NCBI GenBank assembly: GCA_964361495.1
Contig: CAYIAH010000001.1
Location: 1,057 to 65,056 of the forward strand
Origin: an uncultured Candidatus Saccharibacteria bacterium
GTDB taxonomy: Bacteria > Patescibacteriota > Minisyncoccia > Sungbacterales > HO2-52-23
Direction of reading: 5' to 3'
DNA length: 64,000 bases
Positions 47,055 through 55,584 of this stretch are shown here, in pieces (positions within the stretch are counted from its first letter, which is position 1; each line of letters begins with the position of its first letter). The translations under genes and the position numbers were made by a program. The notes under the pieces are model-generated. The model was not told the origin of the DNA. It was given only the letters and a program-made list of their open reading frames with translations, and searched no databases.

Positions 47055-48707
47055 ATGACCACACGATACATTTTTGTATGCGGCGGCGTCATTTCGGGTG
47101 TTGGAAAGGGGACTGCAACTGCCTCAATGGCCGCACTCCTCAAATCACGCGGGTTTCGAGCCACCGCAATCAAAATTGACCAGTATCTCAACGTTGACGC
47201 CGGAACCATCAGGCCGACCGAACACGGGGAGGTGTTTGTGACCGATGATGGAATGGAATGCGATCAGGACCTTGGCATTTACGAACGATTCCTTCATCAA
47301 GACATCGGCGGCACGAACTACATGACGACCGGCTCGGTCTATCTTACGGTCATTCAAAAAGAAAGAAATCTTGAGTATGACGGAGAAGACGTCGAGGTGA
47401 TCCCTCACATTCCGCAGGAAGTGATCCGGCGGATTAAAAACGTTGCGGAACAGAGCCGCGCCGATTTTGTATTCATTGAAATCGGCGGCACGGTCGGCGA
47501 ATATCAAAATCTCGTATTCCTTGAGGCGGCACGTATGATGCATCTTGAGGCGCCCGCCAACGTTTTTTTTGTACTCGTCTCATACGTGCCGGTGCCGCCC
47601 ATGATCGGGGAAATGAAAACGAAACCGACCCAGCAGGCGGCGAGGTTTCTCAACGAAGCGGGAATACAGGCGGATATTATTCTTGCGCGATCCGAGGTTC
47701 CGCTTGATGCCAAACGCAAAGAGAAAATCTCGCTTTTCTCCAATATTCCCAAAAACCAGGTCATTTCCGCTCCCGACGTCAAATCGGTCTATGAGGTGAT
47801 CCTCAATTTTGAAAAAGAAGGACTCACGGATACCCTTCTTGCGCTCGCGCACGAAACGCCGCAAAAACGGGATTTGGGCAAATGGAAGAAACTTGTCGCC
47901 GTCATCCGGACCGTTTCTTCGCCGGTCAAAATTGGGATAGTCGGCAAATATTTCCAAACCGGCGATTTCACTCTTTCCGATTCATATATCTCCGTAATCG
48001 AGGCAATAAAACATGCCGCATGGGCGCATCATAGAAAGCCGGAAATTCACTGGCTCAATGCCGAGACGTATGAACAAAATTCTAAACAACTGAAGGAGCT
48101 TGACGGTTATGACGGCATTATCGTGCCGGGCGGCTTCGGTCCGCGCGGCGTCGAAGGAAAAATCCTTGCGATTCAATATGCGCGGGAACACGCGATTCCT
48201 TATTTCGGACTCTGTTATGGAATGCAGCTCGCCGTGATTGAATTTGCGCGCACAGTCTGCGGTCTTAAAAATGCCCATACCACGGAGGTCAACCCCGATA
48301 CGCCCCATCCGGTCATCACGCCCATGGAGGAACAGCAGCAGTTGCTCGAAGAAAAACACTACGGCGGGTCAATGCGGCTTGGGGCGTACGAGTGCGCCCT
48401 GATCCCCGCGACCGCGAGCTTTCGCGCTTATGCGAACACACGCGCGAGAAAAATCGCAAAAAAAATGACGGTGAGTGAACGCCACCGTCATCGCTACGAA
48501 TTAAATAATGCGTATCGCGCCCGCCTCGAGGAAAAAGGGCTCGTCATTGCCGGCATCAATCCGCAAAGAAATCTTGTCGAGATCATTGAACTCCCTCGTC
48601 ATCCGTTCTTTGTCGGGACGCAGTTCCACCCCGAATTCAAATCAAGGCCGCTTTTCCCCCACCCGCTCTATATGGAATTCATACGCGCCGCAGGACGGAA
48701 AAATTAA
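47055..48707 (+). CDS. pyrG: CTP synthase
   Basis: N-terminal synthetase domain (IFVCGGVISGVGKG). C-terminal GATase with catalytic GLCYGMQ. Confidence 0.92.
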   Translation: MTTRYIFVCGGVISGVGKGTATASMAALLKSRGFRATAIKIDQYLNVDAGTIRPTEHGEVFVTDDGMECDQDLGIYERFLHQDIGGTNYMTTGSVYLTVIQKERNLEYDGEDVEVIPHIPQEVIRRIKNVAEQSRADFVFIEIGGTVGEYQNLVFLEAARMMHLEAPANVFFVLVSYVPVPPMIGEMKTKPTQQAARFLNEAGIQADIILARSEVPLDAKRKEKISLFSNIPKNQVISAPDVKSVYEVILNFEKEGLTDTLLALAHETPQKRDLGKWKKLVAVIRTVSSPVKIGIVGKYFQTGDFTLSDSYISVIEAIKHAAWAHHRKPEIHWLNAETYEQNSKQLKELDGYDGIIVPGGFGPRGVEGKILAIQYAREHAIPYFGLCYGMQLAVIEFARTVCGLKNAHTTEVNPDTPHPVITPMEEQQQLLEEKHYGGSMRLGAYECALIPATASFRAYANTRARKIAKKMTVSERHRHRYELNNAYRARLEEKGLVIAGINPQRNLVEIIELPRHPFFVGTQFHPEFKSRPLFPHPLYMEFIRAAGRKN

Positions 48708-48976
48708 ACAACGCTCACCATTTTTTTTATGCGGCGCGAGCCGTCAAATCCCATCGCGCGGCGCGTAAGAAATTTGACCGCTCCTATTTTGATTGCAAAA
48801 ATAGTATCATCTCTGCCGCGCCGTACGCCGTCTCCTGCAACAAAGTGAGTTCCCCGCTGACGTATGATAATATCCCCAGGTTTAACCCGCTGTCCGTCAG
48901 ATTTTTTAACACCCAGATATTTCGGATGGGAATCACGGCCGTATTTACCCGCGCCCGCGGATTTGGTATGTGCCAT
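48704..48976 (-). CDS. rpmA: 50S ribosomal protein L27
   Basis: MAHTKSAGAGKYGRDSHPKYLGVKK...GDIIIRQRGTHF matches the L27 signature. Confidence 0.9.
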   Translation of the reverse strand: MAHTKSAGAGKYGRDSHPKYLGVKKSDGQRVKPGDIIIRQRGTHFVAGDGVRRGRDDTIFAIKIGAVKFLTRRAMGFDGSRRIKKMVSVV

Positions 48977-48984
48977 ATTTTATT

Positions 48985-49047
48985 AGAACCCATCTCAAAA
49001 TTCCATTTCGTATCCCGGCCTTGAAAGCAAATTTTGAGATGGGCCCT
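48985..49047. repeat. Copy 2 of the roughly 58-nt intergenic hairpin repeat family
   Basis: 5' arm identical to copies 1 and 3; complementary 3' arm ATTTTGAGATGGGCCCT. Located in the divergent spacer between rpmA and the gene at 49063. Confidence 0.55.
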
Positions 49048-49062
49048 AGAAGAATATCAACT

Positions 49063-49476
49063 ATGAGCCTCATGGTAAATCACTATCTGGAAAAAGTCAA
49101 AGAATTCTTCGTCAATTACAAATCCGACCTCTATATCGCCTCCATTATATTTTTCGTCGGCATGGCGAGTTTTGGCTTGGGACGATTATCAATAGTCTGG
49201 CCAAAGAAAGAACCGATCGCTATTGAATCGTATCTGGAGACCGACCTCCCAGAAGCTCCCATCAAAAAGGAAGGCGAGGAAAAAAGCACTATGCCGCAAT
49301 CTCGGACAACACAGGCAGCGGGACGATACGTTGCCTCAAAGTCGGGCTCCTATTACCACCTCCCATGGTGTCCTGGAGCGCGAAGAATCAAAGACTCAAA
49401 CAAAATATGGTTTCAAGATAAAAAAGAGGCTGAGGCGCGCGGCCTCAAGCCCGCGGGAAATTGTGAGGGGCTATAG
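49063..49476 (+). CDS. Hypothetical membrane-anchored protein with a C-terminal Ada-like metal-binding-type motif
   Basis: TM SIIFFVGMASFGLG. C-terminal YYHLPWCPGARRIKDSNKIWFQDKKEAEARGLKPAGNC resembles the Ada N-terminal Zn-binding pattern but has only two Cys. Start moved to ATG 49063. Confidence 0.35.
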   Translation: MSLMVNHYLEKVKEFFVNYKSDLYIASIIFFVGMASFGLGRLSIVWPKKEPIAIESYLETDLPEAPIKKEGEEKSTMPQSRTTQAAGRYVASKSGSYYHLPWCPGARRIKDSNKIWFQDKKEAEARGLKPAGNCEGL

Positions 49477-50697
49477 AAAAGGGGCACCACCACGCTCCTC
49501 TTTTTTTATTCCCGCAGACGCGGTCAGGACAGTATACTCTTTGAGAACGCTTCTGTGCCCTTCCACTGCCTGCCGGACTTCGATCGGCATTTCTTTGAGC
49601 AGGCGCTTTAGTTTCGTCTCGTCAGCTTTCAAAATCTCTTCCCATTTCCCGAGAGGCGAAAGGAGCTCCTTTATTTTTGCAAGATCATACTGATACCGCT
49701 GAATCGTTTTTTGGGAAATCACGCCCTCGTCCCCAAAAACTCTCGTGACGCCCTCCTCGGCCATATATTCTTTGATCGCGTTTTGTAATTCCTTCAAGCG
49801 TCTTTCCTGCTCTTGAACGGCGTGTTTGATGTCAAAATACTCCTTCACAGTTCCTTTTATTTCATTTTGATTGCGGCCGTCTGCATTCTCATTTTTTTTA
49901 TAGAGATGCCGCCATGCCGGACACATTGGTTTATATCCGCACCAGTTGCAGAGCGGCCCCGGCGCCGGCTCGAAATTTTTGGCTGAGCGAATGCGCCCGG
50001 CAATTTCCCGAATGGTTTTAAGCAGCCGTGCCGCGACCTCATCCGTCGCCGCCTGTGTGGCAGGCGCGCTTAATTTCTCCCCGTGTTTCAGGAAATGCAG
50101 ACTCAAGGTGAGATTTTCCGGCGTGATATGCGGCCAGCGCTTCTGGACGCCGAGCGAATAAAGCGCGAGCTGAAGATTTTTATGCACGTCCGCTTGTGAC
50201 GGCATGCGGCGCGCGGTTTTGTAATCAATGATCTCGTACGTGCCGTCTGGACGCTTGTCAATGCGGTCAATTTTTCCCGCGAGAATATGGACTTCGCCGC
50301 TTGCGGGATCGGCCACCGCAACTTCAAAGTGGGATTCCAAATCAAGAATTGTATAATTCCACGGGGCATTCCGTTCGTAAAACCGCGTGAGCATCCGCAC
50401 GCCGTCTTCAAAATAAATTCGCTCGTCCTGTTCGGTCCACGGCCGCGCAAGAGAATTTTGTTTTGATTCTGCCTCAAATACTTCCCGTGACGGCCAGCGG
50501 CTTCTGAAATAACTCACCACTTCGTCAAGCGTCGGAAACAGGGGATCGCGCGTGAACATGAACTTGAGCGTATCGTGAATAAGCGTGCCGACAAGCGCTT
50601 CGCGGGATTTCGGCACGCGGATTCGGTCTATTTCCTGAAATTTATATTTCTGTGGACACGAAAGATACGTCTCTATTGCAGAATAGGAGATTCTCAT
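49471..50697 (-). CDS. PD-(D/E)xK nuclease, RecB/Cas4-like, with a probable 4Fe-4S cluster and a roughly 120-aa C-terminal extension
   Basis: N-terminal Cys in YLSCPQKY. Nuclease motifs GKIDRID, EIIDYKT and QLALY (QxxxY). C-terminal Cys triad CNWCGYKPMC. Confidence 0.65.
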   Translation of the reverse strand: MRISYSAIETYLSCPQKYKFQEIDRIRVPKSREALVGTLIHDTLKFMFTRDPLFPTLDEVVSYFRSRWPSREVFEAESKQNSLARPWTEQDERIYFEDGVRMLTRFYERNAPWNYTILDLESHFEVAVADPASGEVHILAGKIDRIDKRPDGTYEIIDYKTARRMPSQADVHKNLQLALYSLGVQKRWPHITPENLTLSLHFLKHGEKLSAPATQAATDEVAARLLKTIREIAGRIRSAKNFEPAPGPLCNWCGYKPMCPAWRHLYKKNENADGRNQNEIKGTVKEYFDIKHAVQEQERRLKELQNAIKEYMAEEGVTRVFGDEGVISQKTIQRYQYDLAKIKELLSPLGKWEEILKADETKLKRLLKEMPIEVRQAVEGHRSVLKEYTVLTASAGIKKEERGGAPFL

Positions 50698-50764
50698 GGT
50701 ATCGTCATGGTAGCTCGTTTACATCGTAGAGGGCAAATATCAGCAAAATGGAGGAGGACAGAAG

Positions 50765-51178
50765 ATGGCTCAATGGAACCGTTGTACTCTCGTCGTGGCA
50801 ACAGGACTCGTACTATTTTTTGCAGCATATGCGAGCGTATCCGCCCAGCCGCTCCCCTTGGATAAAGATTTAGAGATCGGATCACCCTCGTTTCTTATTA
50901 AATTTAAAGAGGGGGTTATCTTAAAACTCTCTATGGGCTGTAGTGTTGCACTCACCGGCAATATCACTCTTGACCGACTGAACATGGAATTCCAGGTAGT
51001 GAGAATCAAAGAACTGATGCCTCTCCTAAGCGGTCAACTCAATCGGTCGTATCTTTTTACTGTCGCACAAGGAATTGACGTGCAAGAAGCGATCAAGGCA
51101 TATCTCGAGCATCCCTTAGTCGAGTATGCCGAAGTAAACGCGGTCGTGCCGTTAAAGCCGTCCGAAAGAAAGGAGTAA
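50765..51178 (+). CDS. Secreted small protein, peptidase-inhibitor I9 (subtilisin-propeptide)-like
   Basis: Signal peptide. FLIKFKEGV...LFTVAQGIDVQEAIKAYLEHPLVEYAEVNAVV matches the I9 pattern. Confidence 0.35.
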   Translation: MAQWNRCTLVVATGLVLFFAAYASVSAQPLPLDKDLEIGSPSFLIKFKEGVILKLSMGCSVALTGNITLDRLNMEFQVVRIKELMPLLSGQLNRSYLFTVAQGIDVQEAIKAYLEHPLVEYAEVNAVVPLKPSERKE

Positions 51179-51182
51179 CATC

Positions 51183-51989
51183 ATGACCTTTTTTGCATTT
51201 CGCGAAGAACGCCTCGAACGCGAACGTCAGCAAGAAGTATTGGAAAAAATCAAACTAGGAAAGGGGATTTGGAATTTAGAAGAACTCCCCGAGGAGCTCC
51301 ACGCGCTCTTGACGCGAACAATTCTTGATCAGGCAAACGACGAATGGTGGGGAGGCGCGCAATATTTCGAATGCGTGCGTCTCGCGCCCACTTCGGAAGA
51401 AAGGCAGTATATGCGCGAGCTCGGCAGGCAAGAACAGGGGCACGCCCATATCCTCGCGAGAGGGTCGCTCGCGGCCCTCGGCGTTGATTTCTTCGCGCAA
51501 CTCGCCGCTTCCGCCAAGGAACAGAAACCGATTTTGGAGATCTTCACGCATCCGGAAGAGTTTATCTCATGGGCGGATGTGGTCGCGTTCAACGTCGTAC
51601 AAGACGGGGGAGCCGATATACAACTCCAGAGATTCAAGCAAGGACCTTTTGGAAAATGGAGTGTGGATATCGAACGGCTTGAGGCCGAAGAAACCGGCCA
51701 CCGGGAACACGGCGAGCGCTGGGTGAAAAAACTATCAAGTACGAACCGTGGAAAATATCTCCTGCAGCTCGCATTTCAAAAGTGGCTCCCGCGGGCATTA
51801 CGGGCATTCGGCGCGCCTGACGCAACGAGCAAAAGTTTGCCGCTCTACAAAAAATATAACCTCAAAGACAGCAACGACGTTCAACGGCACGAACTCATTG
51901 TCTCAATCAGACCACTCCTTGATATGTGCGGCTATGTCTCGCCGATCCTTTTAAACCCAGAACTTGCATGGTCATCAGAATTTCTATAG
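51183..51989 (+). CDS. Ferritin-like diiron protein of the PaaA/PaaC (phenylacetyl-CoA oxygenase) family
   Basis: Two carboxylate/His motifs, RQEQGHAH and EAEETGHREHGERW, spaced as E. coli PaaA DEAGH ... EETFHQRQG. Confidence 0.5.
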   Translation: MTFFAFREERLERERQQEVLEKIKLGKGIWNLEELPEELHALLTRTILDQANDEWWGGAQYFECVRLAPTSEERQYMRELGRQEQGHAHILARGSLAALGVDFFAQLAASAKEQKPILEIFTHPEEFISWADVVAFNVVQDGGADIQLQRFKQGPFGKWSVDIERLEAEETGHREHGERWVKKLSSTNRGKYLLQLAFQKWLPRALRAFGAPDATSKSLPLYKKYNLKDSNDVQRHELIVSIRPLLDMCGYVSPILLNPELAWSSEFL

Positions 51990-52017
51990 TTTTCGTCGAA
52001 AAAGGGAGGATCTTTAC

Positions 52018-52812
52018 ATGGTCTCTCCAAAAAGAGCATCCGCAAAAGTCGTTGACATACGAGGCGGGGGCAGCGACGATTTTCCTGACGATCTGAAAAT
52101 ATTTTTTCTCGAGCCGTCAGTGCCGTTTCCCTTTGCGCCCGGCCAGTACTGTACAATCGGCCTTGAGGGCATAGAACGCCCCTACTCCATTGTCTCCGCG
52201 CCTCACGAGCCGTATCTTGAGCTTTTCATTGAGCTCATCCCCAAAGAGTTCCGCATCGGGAAAGTGCTCACCCCTCTTCTCTGGCAGCTTCAAACAGGGG
52301 ATTGCGTGACGCTGCGCCCAAAAGCAAAAGGAACCTTTACGCTTGCTCCTGAATACGATACACAGGTTTTCGGCAGCACGGTTGCGGGAATTGCGCCGAC
52401 CGTAAGCATGATCCGCGCTCGACGCGCGGGATATTATCAGCGCGATTGGCCGCGACGATGGTTTATTTTTCACGGAGCGAGCTACTGCGATGAATTCGGG
52501 GGGTATGCTCCTGAATTACTCCGGTATCAATCCGAAGGCCTCATCATCTATCGCCCAACCGTAAGCAGGCCCGCCGAAGAAAGAAATAAAGAATGGCGGG
52601 GGCTCACCGGCAGAGTCAACAATATAATGATAGATGAACTGAGACACTGGGGGATCATGCCTGACGGAAAAACAGTGTGTTATCTATGCGGCAACGAGGG
52701 CATGATCAGGAATCTCGGCAATAAAAAGATCACACCGGCATACCCGTCGCTCGGAAAATTGCTTCTTTTCGGTTTTGATGTAAAAGACATTAAAGAAGAG
52801 ATGTTTTTCTAA
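52018..52812 (+). CDS. Ferredoxin-NADP+ reductase-like flavoprotein (FAD/NAD-binding, no ferredoxin domain)
   Basis: RPYSIVS (RxYS FAD motif). GSTVAGIAP (GxGxxP NAD motif). C-terminal CYLCGNEGM. AAAGGGAGG RBS. Start moved to ATG 52018. Confidence 0.65.
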   Translation: MVSPKRASAKVVDIRGGGSDDFPDDLKIFFLEPSVPFPFAPGQYCTIGLEGIERPYSIVSAPHEPYLELFIELIPKEFRIGKVLTPLLWQLQTGDCVTLRPKAKGTFTLAPEYDTQVFGSTVAGIAPTVSMIRARRAGYYQRDWPRRWFIFHGASYCDEFGGYAPELLRYQSEGLIIYRPTVSRPAEERNKEWRGLTGRVNNIMIDELRHWGIMPDGKTVCYLCGNEGMIRNLGNKKITPAYPSLGKLLLFGFDVKDIKEEMFF

Positions 52813-52825
52813 CATCTCATTCATT

Positions 52826-52856
52826 GAAGGGGACTGTGGATAACCCCTTCTTTTTA
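52826..52856 (+). terminator. Rho-independent terminator (GAAGGGG actgtggataa CCCCTTC plus TTTTT)
   Basis: Perfect 7-bp GC-rich stem followed by T5; lies immediately after the reductase stop. Confidence 0.6.
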
Positions 52857-52873
52857 TTAGCGACGACACTTCG

Positions 52874-52879
52874 TATAAT
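52874..52879 (+). promoter_or_regulatory. Candidate -10 hexamer TATAAT, 23 nt upstream of the xerC/D start
   Basis: Read directly; no strong -35. Confidence 0.3.
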
Positions 52880-52901
52880 GTACGTAAAGCGAAGTCATCC
52901 T

Positions 52902-53855
52902 ATGACAAAATCAATCCCCTCTTTTTATACTGATTTTTTGACCTACTGCGAGGTCGAGAAAGGACTCGCACATAACACGGTAAAAAATTATGCGCGGTTT
53001 CTCAAAAAATTTTCTCTGTGGCTTGAACGTCGCGGCGAATCCGCTCTTCTCCCGCAGGAACTGACCGAACAACATATCTGGGATTATCGGATTTGGCTCG
53101 CGCGCGCGCGCCGTCTCGTCGGCACGCTTCCTTCTTCTCTGGGACTCTCCACAACGACCCAGGCGCGTTACCTCATCGCGCTCCGGTCACTTCTTGCCTA
53201 TTTCCATGAGAAAAACATCCCTTCCCTGCCGACGGAGAAAATCAAACTTCCGAAAGAACGCAGGGAGCGCTCCGTGAAATTCCTTGACATTGACGGAATA
53301 AAAAAGTTACTCGCCGCTCCCGACCCTCGCACAATCACTGGCACGCGCAATCAGGCAATTCTTGAAATTCTCTTCAGCACGGGATTGCGGGTTGCGGAAC
53401 TCGTCGCTCTCGACCGCACTCAGTTCGAAGGCACCCTGCATAAAAAAGATTATGAACTAAGCATTACCGGCAAAGGCAATTATCCGCGCGTCGTATATTT
53501 TTCAGAACGCGCACTCGGCGCGATCAAACATTATCTTCACGGACGCACGGATGACGACAAGGCGCTGTTTATCCGAACGGCAGGCCCCGCAGGAGCTCCT
53601 CTGCGTCTTACGACGCGCGCGATTGAACATATCGTTCGGCACTACGCTCAAAAAGCCGGTCTGCCGTTTCTTGCGACTCCGCATACGCTTCGCCACAGCT
53701 TCGCCACGGATCTCTTAACGCAAGGTGTTGACCTGCGCGCCGTGCAGGAATTTCTTGGCCATCGCAGTATTGCGACGACGCAAGTGTATACCCATATCAC
53801 CTCCAAGAGACTGCGCGATATACATCGCGCATTCCACAGCGGAAAAAACTTATAA
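52902..53855 (+). CDS. Tyrosine site-specific recombinase, XerC/XerD family
   Basis: N-terminal SAM-like core-binding domain (LAHNTVKNYARFLKKF). Catalytic R...HxxR...Y in HTLRHSFATDLL and the nucleophile Tyr in VYTHI. Start moved to ATG 52902. Confidence 0.8.
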   Translation: MTKSIPSFYTDFLTYCEVEKGLAHNTVKNYARFLKKFSLWLERRGESALLPQELTEQHIWDYRIWLARARRLVGTLPSSLGLSTTTQARYLIALRSLLAYFHEKNIPSLPTEKIKLPKERRERSVKFLDIDGIKKLLAAPDPRTITGTRNQAILEILFSTGLRVAELVALDRTQFEGTLHKKDYELSITGKGNYPRVVYFSERALGAIKHYLHGRTDDDKALFIRTAGPAGAPLRLTTRAIEHIVRHYAQKAGLPFLATPHTLRHSFATDLLTQGVDLRAVQEFLGHRSIATTQVYTHITSKRLRDIHRAFHSGKNL

Positions 53856-54263
53856 TACGGTAAGCACGAGATATCCTACTCCAATAAAAAAACTGCCCAC
53901 GGCAAATTTTGTCGTAATCGCTTCCCCCAAAAAAAGCACCGCGAGAAGCGTCGCGAAAAACGGATATGCGAGGACGAGAAGCGCTGCATGCGAAAGGGGA
54001 ATTTTCGAGAGACCATACGTGTTGAGCGCCCCGCCGATGACGAGTGAAAGGACGCTCACGAGAATCGCCCACAGAAGTTCATGCGAAGAAATCTTTATTT
54101 CCTTTGAGAAATACAAAAAAAGCGGAATCATCGCGATGGTGCCGAGAAGCGCCACGACGGCGTTCGCAAGAAAAGGATTTGTCGCCTGCGCGAGTTTTTT
54201 CAAGAAAAGCGCGCCTGCCGCAAAAAAGAACTGTGCAATGAGAATCGCAATATCTCCATTCAT
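53850..54263 (-). CDS. Small DMT-superfamily (EamA-like) membrane protein
   Basis: Four TM helices. EamA-like GALNTYGLSKIPLSHAALLVLAYPFF. Confidence 0.5.
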   Translation of the reverse strand: MNGDIAILIAQFFFAAGALFLKKLAQATNPFLANAVVALLGTIAMIPLFLYFSKEIKISSHELLWAILVSVLSLVIGGALNTYGLSKIPLSHAALLVLAYPFFATLLAVLFLGEAITTKFAVGSFFIGVGYLVLTVL

Positions 54264-54290
54264 ACGAACAATATGCTTAATGGTAATTAT

Positions 54291-55565
54291 TTAGAGATAC
54301 ACGAGCGGATTGAGCGAACCGCCAAATGGAAGGAGGCCGCATGTGCCGATCTTCCCGAGCCGGATCTCAACAGTCCGCGCATCGTACAGCGTAAAATGAA
54401 GATGCGGCCCTGTGGACAAACCCGAGCTCCCGACATAGCCGATCAATGCTCCCCTCTCCAGTTTCTCGCCGGGACTCACACGGATAAGCGACAAATGCGC
54501 ATACATCGTCGTGAGGTTATTCCCGTGATCAACAACGATATATTTTCCATACGCTCCGCGAGGGCAGAACTGATCAGTATTTCCCGTCGCGCGCACGACT
54601 CCTTCGTCCGCCGCACGCACAGACGCACCCATGGATGCCGAGAGATCAATCCCGTTGTGAAATTTGTAGAAATGCCGCCCCCTGCGCGATTTGGTGAACG
54701 GCGTCTCTCCGTATCCCTGACTTAACTTTCCATCAGCGGGCCAGAGTAAAATTCCTTTGCGCGGCGTCGGGAGCGAGGACGGATCAACGAGTTTTCTGAG
54801 CTCTTCTTCCAACTCCTCCATCTCGCGTAAAATTGCTTCCTGCTTTTGTTCTGTAACCCGCAGAAGCTCCTGATAGAGCGCCTCCTGATTTTTCGTCATG
54901 CGAAGAAGCTCTGCCTGCTCGCGCTTCATTGCGTCCTGAATCTTTGCGCGGTCGCGCAGCGACACTCCAAGCTCTCTCAGCTCTTCATTTTTATCTTCGG
55001 CATGGGCTTTTTTTATCTCCAGCTCGTCGCGAAGCGCGCGGAGACGCTCAAGCGATCCGAGCGCGCGTTCCTTCAAAAGCGTCAGATACTCCACGTGGCG
55101 GAGGAATTCAGAAAAACCTTGACGCCGCATCAATAATTCGAGGGCGGAACGCCGATCATATTCAAAAAACACCCGCAGGGCCGAAGAAAGTCCCTGCTCC
55201 AGCGTCGCCATTGAGCTCTTCTTCTCTTGAATGCCAAGTGTTAACTCATCCAGCTCGAGTTCGGTTTTCTCTATGCGTTTTTCAGTGAGCTTTACATCGC
55301 GCTTGAGCTCTGTGATCGTGCGTCCGATTCTCGCGACTTCGCTTTTCAGCGTTTTTCCCTTCTCCTGTTTTGCCGCAATCTCATCGCGATACTCGCGCAC
55401 CTCTTCCTCAAGTTTTTTAATCTCGCTATTCTTTTCTTCAATATCGCGCCTCAAGTCGTCAACCGCCGCGCCGAGGACATATGAAAAAGGGTTCAAAAAA
55501 AACAGAGCGCCGCAGGCGAGTGCGAATATAAGAAAAAGGCCATGGCGAGTAACATAACGCCTCAC
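54291..55565 (-). CDS. M23 peptidoglycan metallo-endopeptidase with an N-terminal coiled coil (EnvC-like)
   Basis: Signal/TM segment. Long coiled coil. M23 motifs HNGIDLSA and HLHFTLY. Confidence 0.8.
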   Translation of the reverse strand: MRRYVTRHGLFLIFALACGALFFLNPFSYVLGAAVDDLRRDIEEKNSEIKKLEEEVREYRDEIAAKQEKGKTLKSEVARIGRTITELKRDVKLTEKRIEKTELELDELTLGIQEKKSSMATLEQGLSSALRVFFEYDRRSALELLMRRQGFSEFLRHVEYLTLLKERALGSLERLRALRDELEIKKAHAEDKNEELRELGVSLRDRAKIQDAMKREQAELLRMTKNQEALYQELLRVTEQKQEAILREMEELEEELRKLVDPSSLPTPRKGILLWPADGKLSQGYGETPFTKSRRGRHFYKFHNGIDLSASMGASVRAADEGVVRATGNTDQFCPRGAYGKYIVVDHGNNLTTMYAHLSLIRVSPGEKLERGALIGYVGSSGLSTGPHLHFTLYDARTVEIRLGKIGTCGLLPFGGSLNPLVYL

Positions 55566-55584
55566 GTCTCCATCATACCAATAT

